In this document: positions 48,937 to 57,677 of the stretch, piece after piece
Layout: every line of letters begins with the position of its first letter
How positions within the stretch are numbered: position 1 is the stretch's first letter
From: Acutalibacteraceae bacterium
GTDB lineage: Bacteria; Bacillota; Clostridia; Oscillospirales; Acutalibacteraceae
Direction of reading: 5' to 3'
Assembly: GCA_045533875.1 (NCBI GenBank)
Contig: JAZSIQ010000107.1
Span: forward strand, 14,673 to 78,672
DNA: 64,000 nucleotides
Position numbers and translations under genes: made by a program
Notes under the pieces: model-generated
What the model saw: only the letters and a program-made list of their open reading frames with translations
What the model was told of the DNA's origin: nothing
Database searches by the model: none

Positions 48937-51120
48937 TTATTTTATTTTAATATTTATTTCGGTATCCTTGCTGTCAAAGCCGAGAAGTACTGTTTTTGAC
49001 CTTTCGTCATATTCGCACGAAACATCGCATGAATCTGCCTGTGCCGAGGTGCAGGGACGTGGAACTCTTACCCTTATGTATGCCTTGAAATCGGAAGCTC
49101 CTCTGACTTTCAGGGTGATTTCTTCGCCGCTGTCCGAAAGCGAGAGAACTCTGACCGAAGTGCCGATTATGCGGGCTTCATCGCCGATTTTGTCAAGATC
49201 AAACAGAAGGGTGTTTTCATCGGGGGCTACCGTTTTTTCGGTTATTATATCGAATTTCGGGCTGTACATATCCGCAAACAGTCCGTTTAAAATAAGCGGT
49301 TCATCGCTGAAGCTTTCATCAAAAACAGCGGCGGAAATATATGTGCCTCTGCGCTGGATAAGGTGGTTTTTATTATTGATGCTTTTGCCCTTGAAATCCA
49401 GAACGCGTGCAAAAAATTCTCTGTATTCATCGGCGTTTTCTTTTGAATAGCAAAGGGTTGCGGGAGTGATTTTCCAAAAGCCCACAACACCTGCACCAAC
49501 GGAAACGATCTCTTTTTCTTTTTTCGGCGCAACTTCAAGCGCTTCAAAAAGATGCTCTGCGGGTGAGGGATATTTGTTGTTCCACCAGCTTTTGATTGAA
49601 TGGTAAGGGTCTGTGCCGTCACCTGCATAAATCAGTATGCCTCCTGACCTTACCCAGCTTGCAAGGGCTGTGTTTAAGTCGGGCGAATCGGGTTTGATGA
49701 ATTCATAGCTGAGCACAAGCACATCGCAGTCATCAAGATAACCGGGGTAACGCCCTGCGTTGTCAAGCAGCACGGGGCGCACGGGAATTCCGTGCTTGAG
49801 AAGCGGCAGGCAAAGCCCGTAGAATTGGGGGAAAGCGTTGCTTCTTATAAATTCAAGCTGCATTTCTTTATTGCCCTTGCCTTTAAAAAGAAGATTTTCA
49901 AACTGCCTGATTTTGTCTTCTTCTTCAACAAGCACCGTGCCCACACGCTCTTTAACATCGAGATTTGCACAGTCGGGGAAATCTCTCTGATAAAGCGCCG
50001 AGTCGCTTATAAGCACACCGACTCTCAGATTTTCGTCCGGTTCACAGCATTCCACGTCGCCGAGAGTCTGGAAATTGTTGTTGAGCAGAGTTGCATAGTC
50101 CTCAGGTATTGCGGTTGCTTCAGGGCTGTTTTTGGGGTAGGTGCCGTCAAAAACTCTGTTGGGCCAGGGACAGATTTCATAGTGATTTATTCTCGGATGA
50201 AGGAGGGAGGCGGTTACTGTTTTAAAATAATTATATCTGTAATCGTTCCAATCAAAAATGGGGTTATCCTCAATCGGGTCATGAAGGAACCACATGCGCT
50301 TGCCCGTGCCCTTTACAAGCTCCTGCATTACGCCGTATTCAAGATAGGCTGTTTCAAAGGTGCGCTCCTTGATTACTCCTTCATAGCAGTTAGGCTCACG
50401 GGAGGTACCCGTCCATATCTGGGCTATAAATCCGTCAACCGCAGGGGATTGAGCAAGCGAGCCTTCGGGGCTCATTATTTTCCATTGAGTGTAGTTGAGC
50501 AGACTGTGGGTAGGCACATAAAAACGCAGCACTCTGTTATACTTGGTAAGAGCGTATTCTTTAAGGTAAGCGCTTACCCTTTCGATGGTTCTTTTATAAA
50601 GATATGCCTTTAACTGAGCGGATTTGTAGCGTGTGTCAAAATCTGTATGTGGCGGCATCCATGGCTCTTTATAGAAAAGCAGATATTCACGCTTGAAGGC
50701 TTCCGAATAACCGCCTCTGTCCCAGAATTCGGGCTCTTCCACATGGATAGCCTCAACACCTGCATCAACGGCAATTTTCAGCTTTTCGCTCAGATAATCC
50801 GCAAAAGAAACCGTGGGCACCATATAGGGCGTTTTTTCGCCGTGAAGAATGGCGTTGCCGTAGCGATCGGTCTGGCTTTCGTCCCAGTGCTCACGGGAGT
50901 CCCATTTGCCGTCAAGGTAATCAACATAACCGCCCCAGGCAATACCTGTCATAAGGTGAACAACATATCCGTTTTCTTTTGCGGCGGCGATTCGGTCGGC
51001 CATGGTTTCGTTTGCACCGTAGCACATAATGAAGTCGCACTGAAAATTAATTTTGTCATAAAGCATTGCGCTTGCCTGGTAACCCGTGCGTTCTTCGCTT
51101 CTTTCTCGTATGTATGCCAT
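48937..51120 (-). CDS. Uncharacterized putative glycoside hydrolase (TIM-barrel-like plus GATase-like middle domain)
   Basis: 727 aa, W/Y-rich; EEPEF acidic motif; DVLVLSYE GATase-like strand; no signal peptide; function is inferred. Confidence 0.55.
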   Translation of the reverse strand: MAYIRERSEERTGYQASAMLYDKINFQCDFIMCYGANETMADRIAAAKENGYVVHLMTGIAWGGYVDYLDGKWDSREHWDESQTDRYGNAILHGEKTPYMVPTVSFADYLSEKLKIAVDAGVEAIHVEEPEFWDRGGYSEAFKREYLLFYKEPWMPPHTDFDTRYKSAQLKAYLYKRTIERVSAYLKEYALTKYNRVLRFYVPTHSLLNYTQWKIMSPEGSLAQSPAVDGFIAQIWTGTSREPNCYEGVIKERTFETAYLEYGVMQELVKGTGKRMWFLHDPIEDNPIFDWNDYRYNYFKTVTASLLHPRINHYEICPWPNRVFDGTYPKNSPEATAIPEDYATLLNNNFQTLGDVECCEPDENLRVGVLISDSALYQRDFPDCANLDVKERVGTVLVEEEDKIRQFENLLFKGKGNKEMQLEFIRSNAFPQFYGLCLPLLKHGIPVRPVLLDNAGRYPGYLDDCDVLVLSYEFIKPDSPDLNTALASWVRSGGILIYAGDGTDPYHSIKSWWNNKYPSPAEHLFEALEVAPKKEKEIVSVGAGVVGFWKITPATLCYSKENADEYREFFARVLDFKGKSINNKNHLIQRRGTYISAAVFDESFSDEPLILNGLFADMYSPKFDIITEKTVAPDENTLLFDLDKIGDEARIIGTSVRVLSLSDSGEEITLKVRGASDFKAYIRVRVPRPCTSAQADSCDVSCEYDERSKTVLLGFDSKDTEINIKIK

Positions 51121-51308
51121 AATTGCCCCCTTAATTTTGATTTTCAAAGAGAGAACAGTTTTTTATATTATAATAAATTACATAAAAATGTGCAATGTTT
51201 TTATTGAAAATCAAACAAAATCACCATAAATAAAAATTTATATTTTGCATTGAGATGTTTCAATAAAGATGTTACAATATTTAATTGACAGTTAAAGGAG
51301 GGAGCAAT

Positions 51309-52169
51309 ATGCCTCTTGTAAATATGAGTGAGCTTCTTGAAGAAGCAAAAGCCGGCGGATATGCCGTGGGAAGCTTTTCGGTAGCGAATATGGAAATGGT
51401 GCAGGGTGTGCTCAAAGCGGTTGAGGAAACTCAGAGCCCTGCAATAATTCAGATAGCCGAGGTAAGGCTCAACCATTCTCCGCTTGAATTGATAGGTCCG
51501 CTTATGGTTGCTGCGGCTGAAAACAGCGAAATGCCCGTTGCGGTGCATTTTGACCACGGAAAAACAGAAGAAAAAATCCGCCAGGCGCTGGATATCGGTT
51601 TTTCCTCCGTAATGTTTGACGGCTCCCATCTTCCTTTTGAGGAGAATGTTAAAATGTCCTCTAAAATCCGCAGGATTGCCGAGGAGTACGGCGCAGATAC
51701 CGAGTGCGAAATCGGCTGTGTCGGCGGCAGCGAGGACGGCAGCGAGGATATTGCGGTAAATTGCTCCCACCCCGAGGAAGCAATACAAATCTGCAAAAAA
51801 GCAAAAATCCAGGCTCTCGCCGTTGCCATAGGCAATGCGCACGGCAATTATAAAAAAGAGCCGAAACTCAGGTTTGATATTCTTGAGAAAATCGCAAACA
51901 GCGTTGATGTGCCTTTGGTGCTTCACGGCGGCACGGGCATAAGCGAAGCTGATTTTAAAAAGTGCATTCAGCTCGGCATCAGCAAAATCAACATAGCTAC
52001 CGCTACCTTTGATTCGGTTGAAAAAGCGGCAAGGGATGCTTATGAATCGGGCAAAATCAAAGGCTATTATGATTTGCAGACGGCGGAAACCGAGGGCGCA
52101 TATCAAAACGCCCTTAAGCATATAGAAATATTCGGATGTGCAGGCAAAGCATACTTTGATGAATTTTGA
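51309..52169 (+). CDS. Class II fructose-bisphosphate/IolJ-type aldolase
   Basis: VHFDHG, SSVMFDGS, GNAHG, LVLHGGTG, KINIAT. Confidence 0.88.
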   Translation: MPLVNMSELLEEAKAGGYAVGSFSVANMEMVQGVLKAVEETQSPAIIQIAEVRLNHSPLELIGPLMVAAAENSEMPVAVHFDHGKTEEKIRQALDIGFSSVMFDGSHLPFEENVKMSSKIRRIAEEYGADTECEIGCVGGSEDGSEDIAVNCSHPEEAIQICKKAKIQALAVAIGNAHGNYKKEPKLRFDILEKIANSVDVPLVLHGGTGISEADFKKCIQLGISKINIATATFDSVEKAARDAYESGKIKGYYDLQTAETEGAYQNALKHIEIFGCAGKAYFDEF

Positions 52170-52182
52170 AAGGAAGAGGAAT

Positions 52183-53196
52183 ATGAGCTTTATTAATTTT
52201 GATTCAAGCAAGCCCCTTGATGTTATCCCGATTGGCAGAATCGCCATTGATTTTAACCCTACCGACATGAACCGTCCTCTTTACGAGAGCAGTAATTTCA
52301 ATAAGTATGTAGGCGGCTCACCCGCCAATATCGCAGTAGGTCTTGCACGCCTTGGTGCAAAATGCGGTTTTATCGCAAAGGTTTCCGATGACCAGTTCGG
52401 TGACTATGTAACCAAATATTTTGAAAATGACGGTATTGATGTATCCCATGTTTCAAGGTGCACAAACGGCGAAAAGCTCGGTCTTACCTTTACCGAAATC
52501 CTCAGCCCCACTCAGAGCAGCATCCTTATGTACCGTGCCGGTGTTGCCGATTTGCAGGTAAGCGTTGACGATGTTGACGAAGAATACATAAAGAGCGCAA
52601 AGGCAGTTGTTATTTCGGGTACTGCTCTTTGCTGCAGCCCCTCAAGGGAAGCTGCGCTCAAAACCCTTTTCCTTGCCAAGAAAAACGGCGTTGTTGTGAT
52701 TTTTGATATTGATTACAGAAGCTATACGTGGAAAAATGCCGATGAAATTTCGCTCTATTATTCAATCGCCGCTAAAAACAGCGATATAATTCTCGGCTCA
52801 AGAGAGGAATTTGACCTTACCGAGGCTCTCGAGGGCAAGTGCGCAAACGATGAGGAGTCGGCGGCACGCTGGTTCGGATACGGCAACAAAATCGTTATCA
52901 TAAAGCACGGCAAAGAGGGCTCCTGCGCCTATCTTAATGACGGCACGGCTTACAAAGTAGGCATTTTCCCCGTGCAGATGCTTAAGGGCTTCGGCGGCGG
53001 TGACGGTTATGCTTCCGCATTCATTTATTCACTCCTTCAGGGCAAGAGTGTTGATAAGGCGCTGGAGTTCGCAACAGCTTCTGCATCAATGCTTGTTTCC
53101 GCTCACAGCTGCTCTGCGGCAATGCCTTCAGCACAGGCAGTTCAGGAGTTTATTGACAGTTTCAACGGCGTAGAGGTTATCACAAAAATCAAATAA
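52183..53196 (+). CDS. iolC: 5-dehydro-2-deoxygluconokinase
   Basis: IGRIAIDFNP, VGGSPANIAVG, DIDYR, GFGGGDGYA PfkB variant typical of IolC. Confidence 0.9.
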   Translation: MSFINFDSSKPLDVIPIGRIAIDFNPTDMNRPLYESSNFNKYVGGSPANIAVGLARLGAKCGFIAKVSDDQFGDYVTKYFENDGIDVSHVSRCTNGEKLGLTFTEILSPTQSSILMYRAGVADLQVSVDDVDEEYIKSAKAVVISGTALCCSPSREAALKTLFLAKKNGVVVIFDIDYRSYTWKNADEISLYYSIAAKNSDIILGSREEFDLTEALEGKCANDEESAARWFGYGNKIVIIKHGKEGSCAYLNDGTAYKVGIFPVQMLKGFGGGDGYASAFIYSLLQGKSVDKALEFATASASMLVSAHSCSAAMPSAQAVQEFIDSFNGVEVITKIK

Positions 53197-53283
53197 CTTT
53201 TGCTGAATATACCCGCATAATCAAACAGTATAATAAAATATAAAACGCAATAAAAACAGGGGTGCCCGTCACCCCCTTCATAT

Positions 53284-53360
53284 CCGCCCGTGGCGCAGTT
53301 GGATAACGCAGCAGATTCCGATTCTGAAGAACGGGGGTTCGAATCCCTTCGGGCGGGCCA
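53284..53360 (+). tRNA. tRNA-Arg(CCG)
   Basis: Acceptor CCGCCCG/CGGGCGG, anticodon loop TT-CCG-AT, GGTTCGAATCC, encoded CCA. Confidence 0.97.
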
Positions 53361-53390
53361 GACAAAAGCAGCCTTCAAGCTGCTTTTGTC
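53361..53390 (+). terminator. Perfect 12-bp hairpin after tRNA
   Basis: gacaaaagcagc/gctgcttttgtc. Confidence 0.75.
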
Positions 53391-53393
53391 AAC

Positions 53394-53562
53394 TAAATCC
53401 ACCCTGTCGGGTGGGTGAAATATTGCTCTGCAATGTGAAATTCTCGATTTGCTCGAGTGAAATCGCTGCGGCGGTGAGTGGATTTAATTTCACTTAATGC
53501 GTCAGCATTAAATTTCACAATCCATCAGGATTATTTCATGTTTTCGTAAGAAAACATTTCAC
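53394..53562. repeat. Structured GTGAAAT/ATTTCAC hairpin-ladder element
   Basis: 3 (+1 degenerate) GTGAAAT and 4 ATTTCA(C/T) heptamers, separated by individual hairpins. Confidence 0.85.
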
Positions 53563-53607
53563 TTAAAGCAAATCCTCAATAAATCCGTTATTAACAATCG
53601 TACCAAG

Positions 53608-53740
53608 CAAAAAGCCTTGAAATTCTTGATAAATAAGGATTTCAGGGCTTTTTGATTTTTTCGGTTTTGTTTTAATTTTTTTGCTGTTTTTGCTTGTTTT
53701 GGTAATTATTTTTAAATATGCAAGTCAAATTCAAGTCAAA
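53608..53740. mobile_element. Possible integrative-element end remnant
   Basis: 47-nt imperfect inverted repeat (53608-53654) and CAAGTCAAA-TT-CAAGTCAAA direct repeat (53721-53740) close to a tRNA 3' end; no integrase seen. Confidence 0.4.
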
Positions 53741-53755
53741 AGTGATTTTGTTTTT

Positions 53756-54898
53756 TTAGGATTTTTCACTTTGCCAGACGATGTTGCCGTTTATTATAGT
53801 AGCTTTGACCGAGGAGTTTATTTCGAGCGGATTACCCTCATATATAACAATATCCGCATCTTTACCCTCTTTAAGACTTCCCAGTCTGCCATCAACTCTG
53901 CATATACGGGCGGCATCAATAGTGATTGCACGAAGCGCCGCTGTTTCACCCAAACCTTCTTTTGCTGCAAGTGCTGCGCACAGCGGCAAATACTGGATGC
54001 GTGAAACAGGGTGGTCGGTGGTTATTGCTACCGTCACACCTGAATCGTGTAAAATTCCTGCTGTTTTGAAGTCGCACAAACCGACTTCTTTTTTGTTCCT
54101 TGAAGCAAGTGACGGACCTACAATTGCGGGAAAACCGCTTTCTGCAATCTCCTGAGCTATAAGATGTCCCTCCGTGCAGTGGTCTATTGTCAAATCAAGG
54201 TTGAATTCTTTTGCGATTCTTATGGCTGTGAAAATATCGTCTGCTCTGTGTGCGTGTGCTTTAAGAGGTATTTTTTTTTCAAACAATTCTCTGTAACACT
54301 CAAAATAAAAATCCTTTGCATCCGATGAGTCTTGTGATAAATATTGCTGTGCTTTAAAAAGCTCTTCCCTTATAAGAGAGGCTGTACCCATTCGTGTTGC
54401 GGGAGTGTTGCCGTTAATTCCGTAGCAGTTTATCGGATTTTCACCCAAGGCTATTTTGATGGCCGATGGGGCAAGCACTATCATATCATCTATACGCCGT
54501 CCGTACGTTTTTATGAAAGCAAATTGTCCGCCGATGGCATTTGAACTGCCCGGTCCTGCCATAACGCCGGTAATGCCGGCTGCAAGCGCATTGTGGAATG
54601 CGCTGTCCATGGGATTTATACAGTCGATGCCTCTTACGGTAGGCGTTGTGGGGAAAGTGTTTTCATTGCTGGTATCATTTTGGGTTGTTGTTTTTTCTTC
54701 GGCAATACCGAGGTGGCTGTGAGCATCTATAAACCCGGGATAAACATTAAGATTCTGTGCATCAAAAATTTCTGTATCCTCATCAGGAATAATGTTTTTA
54801 CTGATTTTTTTGATTTTACCTTTTTTTATAAGCAGGTCGGCATGTGTCGGTGTGTTGTCTTCCATTGTGTGCAATAGTCCGTTTTTAATCAGAAGCAT
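53756..54898 (-). CDS. Amidohydrolase (imidazolonepropionase-like/YtcJ-related family)
   Basis: MLLIKNG, PGFIDAHSHLG, HAHRADDI, DHCTEGH, TTDHP, GKDADIV; start after AAAGGA RBS. Confidence 0.9.
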   Translation of the reverse strand: MLLIKNGLLHTMEDNTPTHADLLIKKGKIKKISKNIIPDEDTEIFDAQNLNVYPGFIDAHSHLGIAEEKTTTQNDTSNENTFPTTPTVRGIDCINPMDSAFHNALAAGITGVMAGPGSSNAIGGQFAFIKTYGRRIDDMIVLAPSAIKIALGENPINCYGINGNTPATRMGTASLIREELFKAQQYLSQDSSDAKDFYFECYRELFEKKIPLKAHAHRADDIFTAIRIAKEFNLDLTIDHCTEGHLIAQEIAESGFPAIVGPSLASRNKKEVGLCDFKTAGILHDSGVTVAITTDHPVSRIQYLPLCAALAAKEGLGETAALRAITIDAARICRVDGRLGSLKEGKDADIVIYEGNPLEINSSVKATIINGNIVWQSEKS

Positions 54899-54985
54899 GT
54901 TTGTTTCCTTTCTGTTTTTGCTGTTGTGAATAGTTTGCCGCATTTGAGATAAACTATCCTTGAAAATGATTAAGGAGGTGAAATC

Positions 54986-55150
54986 ATGAATAACCAGAAT
55001 AACAATCAGAACCAGAGAAACAACCAGAACAACAAACAGAACAACAATCAGAACAACCAGAATCAGAGAAATAATCAGAACAATCAGAACCAGAAAAACA
55101 ATCAGAACAACCAGAACCAGAAAAACAACCAGAACAACCAGAGAGACTGA
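54986..55150 (+). CDS. 54-aa Asn/Gln-rich micro-protein
   Basis: AAGGAGGTG RBS 5 nt before ATG; MNNQNNNQNQRNNQNNKQNNNQNNQNQRNNQNNQNQKNNQNNQNQKNNQNNQRD; synonymous AAT/AAC variation keeps the frame. Confidence 0.75.
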   Translation: MNNQNNNQNQRNNQNNKQNNNQNNQNQRNNQNNQNQKNNQNNQNQKNNQNNQRD

Positions 55151-55277
55151 TTTTCGGATGCTTTCGGAACACGGATTAACAGTTTGTTTTTTATAAAGCA
55201 AGCCTGATGAAAGCGGTGCATGAAATTTAAATCTGATTTTGTGTGCTTGATCAATATGCACAGATATCCGAAAAAGA

Positions 55278-55315
55278 AAAGGACTGCCTCGCTTATCTTA
55301 GTGAGACAGTCCTTT
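55278..55315. terminator. Terminator-like hairpin
   Basis: aaaggactg..ctcgct/agtgag..cagtccttt. Confidence 0.6.
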
Positions 55316-55538
55316 AATCTAATTGTTTATTTGATATATATGTTTTCCATGCAGATGTTGGGTGTTCTGACGGTAACCGTTAATTCTTTCATATATCCCG
55401 TCAATTCAAGGCGGCGTTTTCCTTTGCAACAAACAGCTCATAACATCTTGCCGTACATATATCCGTAAAAACCGCAGATGAACTGATTTTATGCTGTTTT
55501 TTATCTGGATGTGATTTTATAATAGAGTAAATGATTTG

Positions 55539-57176
55539 TTATGAAAAATCAACATCGCAGAATTTGCCCGTCAGGAATGATAAGCCCGGCGCTGAAAGCT
55601 TTTTGCCATTTGCCGTTATATTTTCCGCTTTGACTTGTACGGTGTTGGTATCGCTGCCCGTACCGTCTATTTTGGAGGGCATATATGAAGTGTAGGAGAT
55701 ATTTCTGAACTCCACATTTTTGATTTCAAAATTCTCTTTTTCTTCATCGTAGATTTTCACGAGAATCGCTCTGCCTTCATCGCGGAAAATCTCAATATTC
55801 TCAAACAGCACCCCGTCAATGCTTCCTTCGCATTGCTCCGCCACAACTACAAGCGAACCGATACGGTCATTATCCCATATTCCGTCACGGTAGATAACGG
55901 CACAGTCCCGGAAGGTTATGTTTGAAATCTTTTTGCAAACCTCGCCTGTGACACCGAAGCATCTGGCATAACCGCCCCAGGCTATGCAGTTGGTGAAGGT
56001 TACGTTGTTGGTGCCCATGGTGCCGCCGAGTGCCTTTACTTCAAATTCATCGTCTGCCGTTCTTGCAAAGCAGTTGTTGATTACTGCGTTTTCCGTGTTG
56101 CATATAGCAAAGCCGTCTGCGTTGCCTCTGTAACCGAGGATGTCAACCTGCTCAACGGATACGTTGCGGCAGCAGTAGGAGATGAAAGACCACTCGGGGG
56201 AATTGATGATTTTTACATCACTGACGGAAACATTGTTGCAATAGGTAAATACAACACCTCGGCGCTCACGGCGGTCAAGCCGAGTCATATCAATTGCGCC
56301 GCGGCCCGTTATTACAATGTTGTTGCAGTTGTAGAAGTTGATAAACGGATATCGTGTAAGCCCGATTGCGTTGTCTGTTGCGGCATTTTCTTCCATATAA
56401 AGGTTTTCATCCTCTGCGCTCTGAATATCGTAGTGATGCTTTGCAACAAGGTATGCACCCTGCCTGAGGTAGAGTACCTGATTGTCCTTCTCAACAAAAT
56501 TGATGTAATCGAGCTCATGAACTCCCGGCTCGAATACGGTTACATTTTCCTCGCCGTACTGCTCAATATACATGGCAATTTCGGCATCCTCGTCTGTTTT
56601 TTCACGAACGAAAAGGGTGTAGCCGTAAAGCTGTTGAGCGCCGTTAAACAGGAAAGTATAAATACCGGGTTTGCTGATTGAAGCGGTTACAACGCCGTTT
56701 TTGCATTGCGCACCTACTCCGAGGGATTCGGGCAAAACAATAGCATTTTTAAGCTTTACATCCTTTGAGGTCAGCACGATGTTAAAAGAAAAGTCTGCAT
56801 CAGACTCCACATAGACCTCCGAGAAGGAGTGCAGAGTGCCTGTATCTTCGCAGCGAAGGAACACCATGGAGGCATAAACGGGGATATCGGCGCTGCCGAT
56901 TTTTGCGGTGTAATAAGGGGAAACGATAACTCCGCCTATATCGTCATATCCGCCGGACTGAACGTATTCTGCGTGCTCTGCGCTTGCACGGTGGGTGAAT
57001 TCCTCTTCGGTAAGACCTGCCTGCTCAAGGGTCAATACCGCCTCTTTCGGGTATTGCAGATACGTTAAGTCAAGCCCCTGGGTTTCGGGGATGAGAGGTG
57101 CGGGGGATAAAAGGGATGAAAAGAAAACCGAAATAACGGTAAATACCGTATATATAAATTTTATGAACTCCTGCAT
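55539..57176 (-). CDS. GH28-like right-handed beta-helix glycanase
   Basis: IINSPEW, GNADG, TADD, repeated N(I/V)TFxNC beta-helix turns; hydrophobic N-terminus. Confidence 0.75.
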   Translation of the reverse strand: MQEFIKFIYTVFTVISVFFSSLLSPAPLIPETQGLDLTYLQYPKEAVLTLEQAGLTEEEFTHRASAEHAEYVQSGGYDDIGGVIVSPYYTAKIGSADIPVYASMVFLRCEDTGTLHSFSEVYVESDADFSFNIVLTSKDVKLKNAIVLPESLGVGAQCKNGVVTASISKPGIYTFLFNGAQQLYGYTLFVREKTDEDAEIAMYIEQYGEENVTVFEPGVHELDYINFVEKDNQVLYLRQGAYLVAKHHYDIQSAEDENLYMEENAATDNAIGLTRYPFINFYNCNNIVITGRGAIDMTRLDRRERRGVVFTYCNNVSVSDVKIINSPEWSFISYCCRNVSVEQVDILGYRGNADGFAICNTENAVINNCFARTADDEFEVKALGGTMGTNNVTFTNCIAWGGYARCFGVTGEVCKKISNITFRDCAVIYRDGIWDNDRIGSLVVVAEQCEGSIDGVLFENIEIFRDEGRAILVKIYDEEKENFEIKNVEFRNISYTSYMPSKIDGTGSDTNTVQVKAENITANGKKLSAPGLSFLTGKFCDVDFS

Positions 57177-57260
57177 AGCTTTGCCTCCGATGATTTTTAA
57201 TCATTATAGCAGAAGATACATGGTAAATCAATTGTAAAGCCGTTTTCTGTTGCCGTGAAT

Positions 57261-57677
57261 TTATCCGAGGCGTCCGTTTAATTTTTTTGTTGTGCTTCTC
57301 ACGCACAGGTAAACGGTGATCCATATAACGAAGTAAACGGCTATGAAGATGAGACTGAAAATCAGCAGCACCTTAGGTTCAAAAGGAATCCATGAATTCA
57401 CCGTGTAGCAAAGGCTGTAAGCCGCATAGAGCATGCCGAAATGGCACAGCAGGGATTTCGGGAGCGGCCAGTGCTCAATCTGATTAAAAATGCTTGCACC
57501 TGCATGAACGAATGCAAGCAGATAGGTGGAAAGCGTGGCGATGAGCACTTCCCGTGCGCTCAGGCTGAAGCTATCAACCGTATACGAGACGGCAAGAAAA
57601 ACAATGCTTGCCACAATGGGGCCGAAGCCGCCGAATAAAAGACCGCGGTGCAAAAAAGACTTAAGATATTTGTTCAT
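57261..57677 (-). CDS. DUF3021 family membrane protein
   Basis: RGLLFGGFGPIV, SIFNQIEHWPLPKSLLCHF, YFVIWI; coupled to LytTR gene. Confidence 0.85.
   Translation of the reverse strand: MNKYLKSFLHRGLLFGGFGPIVASIVFLAVSYTVDSFSLSAREVLIATLSTYLLAFVHAGASIFNQIEHWPLPKSLLCHFGMLYAAYSLCYTVNSWIPFEPKVLLIFSLIFIAVYFVIWITVYLCVRSTTKKLNGRLG

Noticed and set aside
49792-50613. 273-aa plus-strand ORF
   Set aside because: Antisense to the large putative glycosidase; no motifs.
51201-52268. 355-aa minus-strand ORF
   Set aside because: Antisense shadow of the class II aldolase.
53394-53562. Ladder element as a CRISPR array
   Set aside because: Repeats are only 7 bp, spacers are 10-18 nt self-complementary hairpins, orientation flips midway, and there are no cas genes.
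54899-55261. 120-aa hydrophobic N-terminal extension of the amidohydrolase (poly-V/L/I, looks like a TM anchor)
   Set aside because: It is the antisense reading of the AAC/CAG-rich micro-ORF. The amidohydrolase has its own RBS and a family-typical start MLLIKNG at 54898.
55320-55500. Short minus-strand reading frames (e.g. MKELTVTVRTPNICMENIYIK) that might be gene remnants
   Set aside because: No RBS or family motif that I could identify; too short to support a call.
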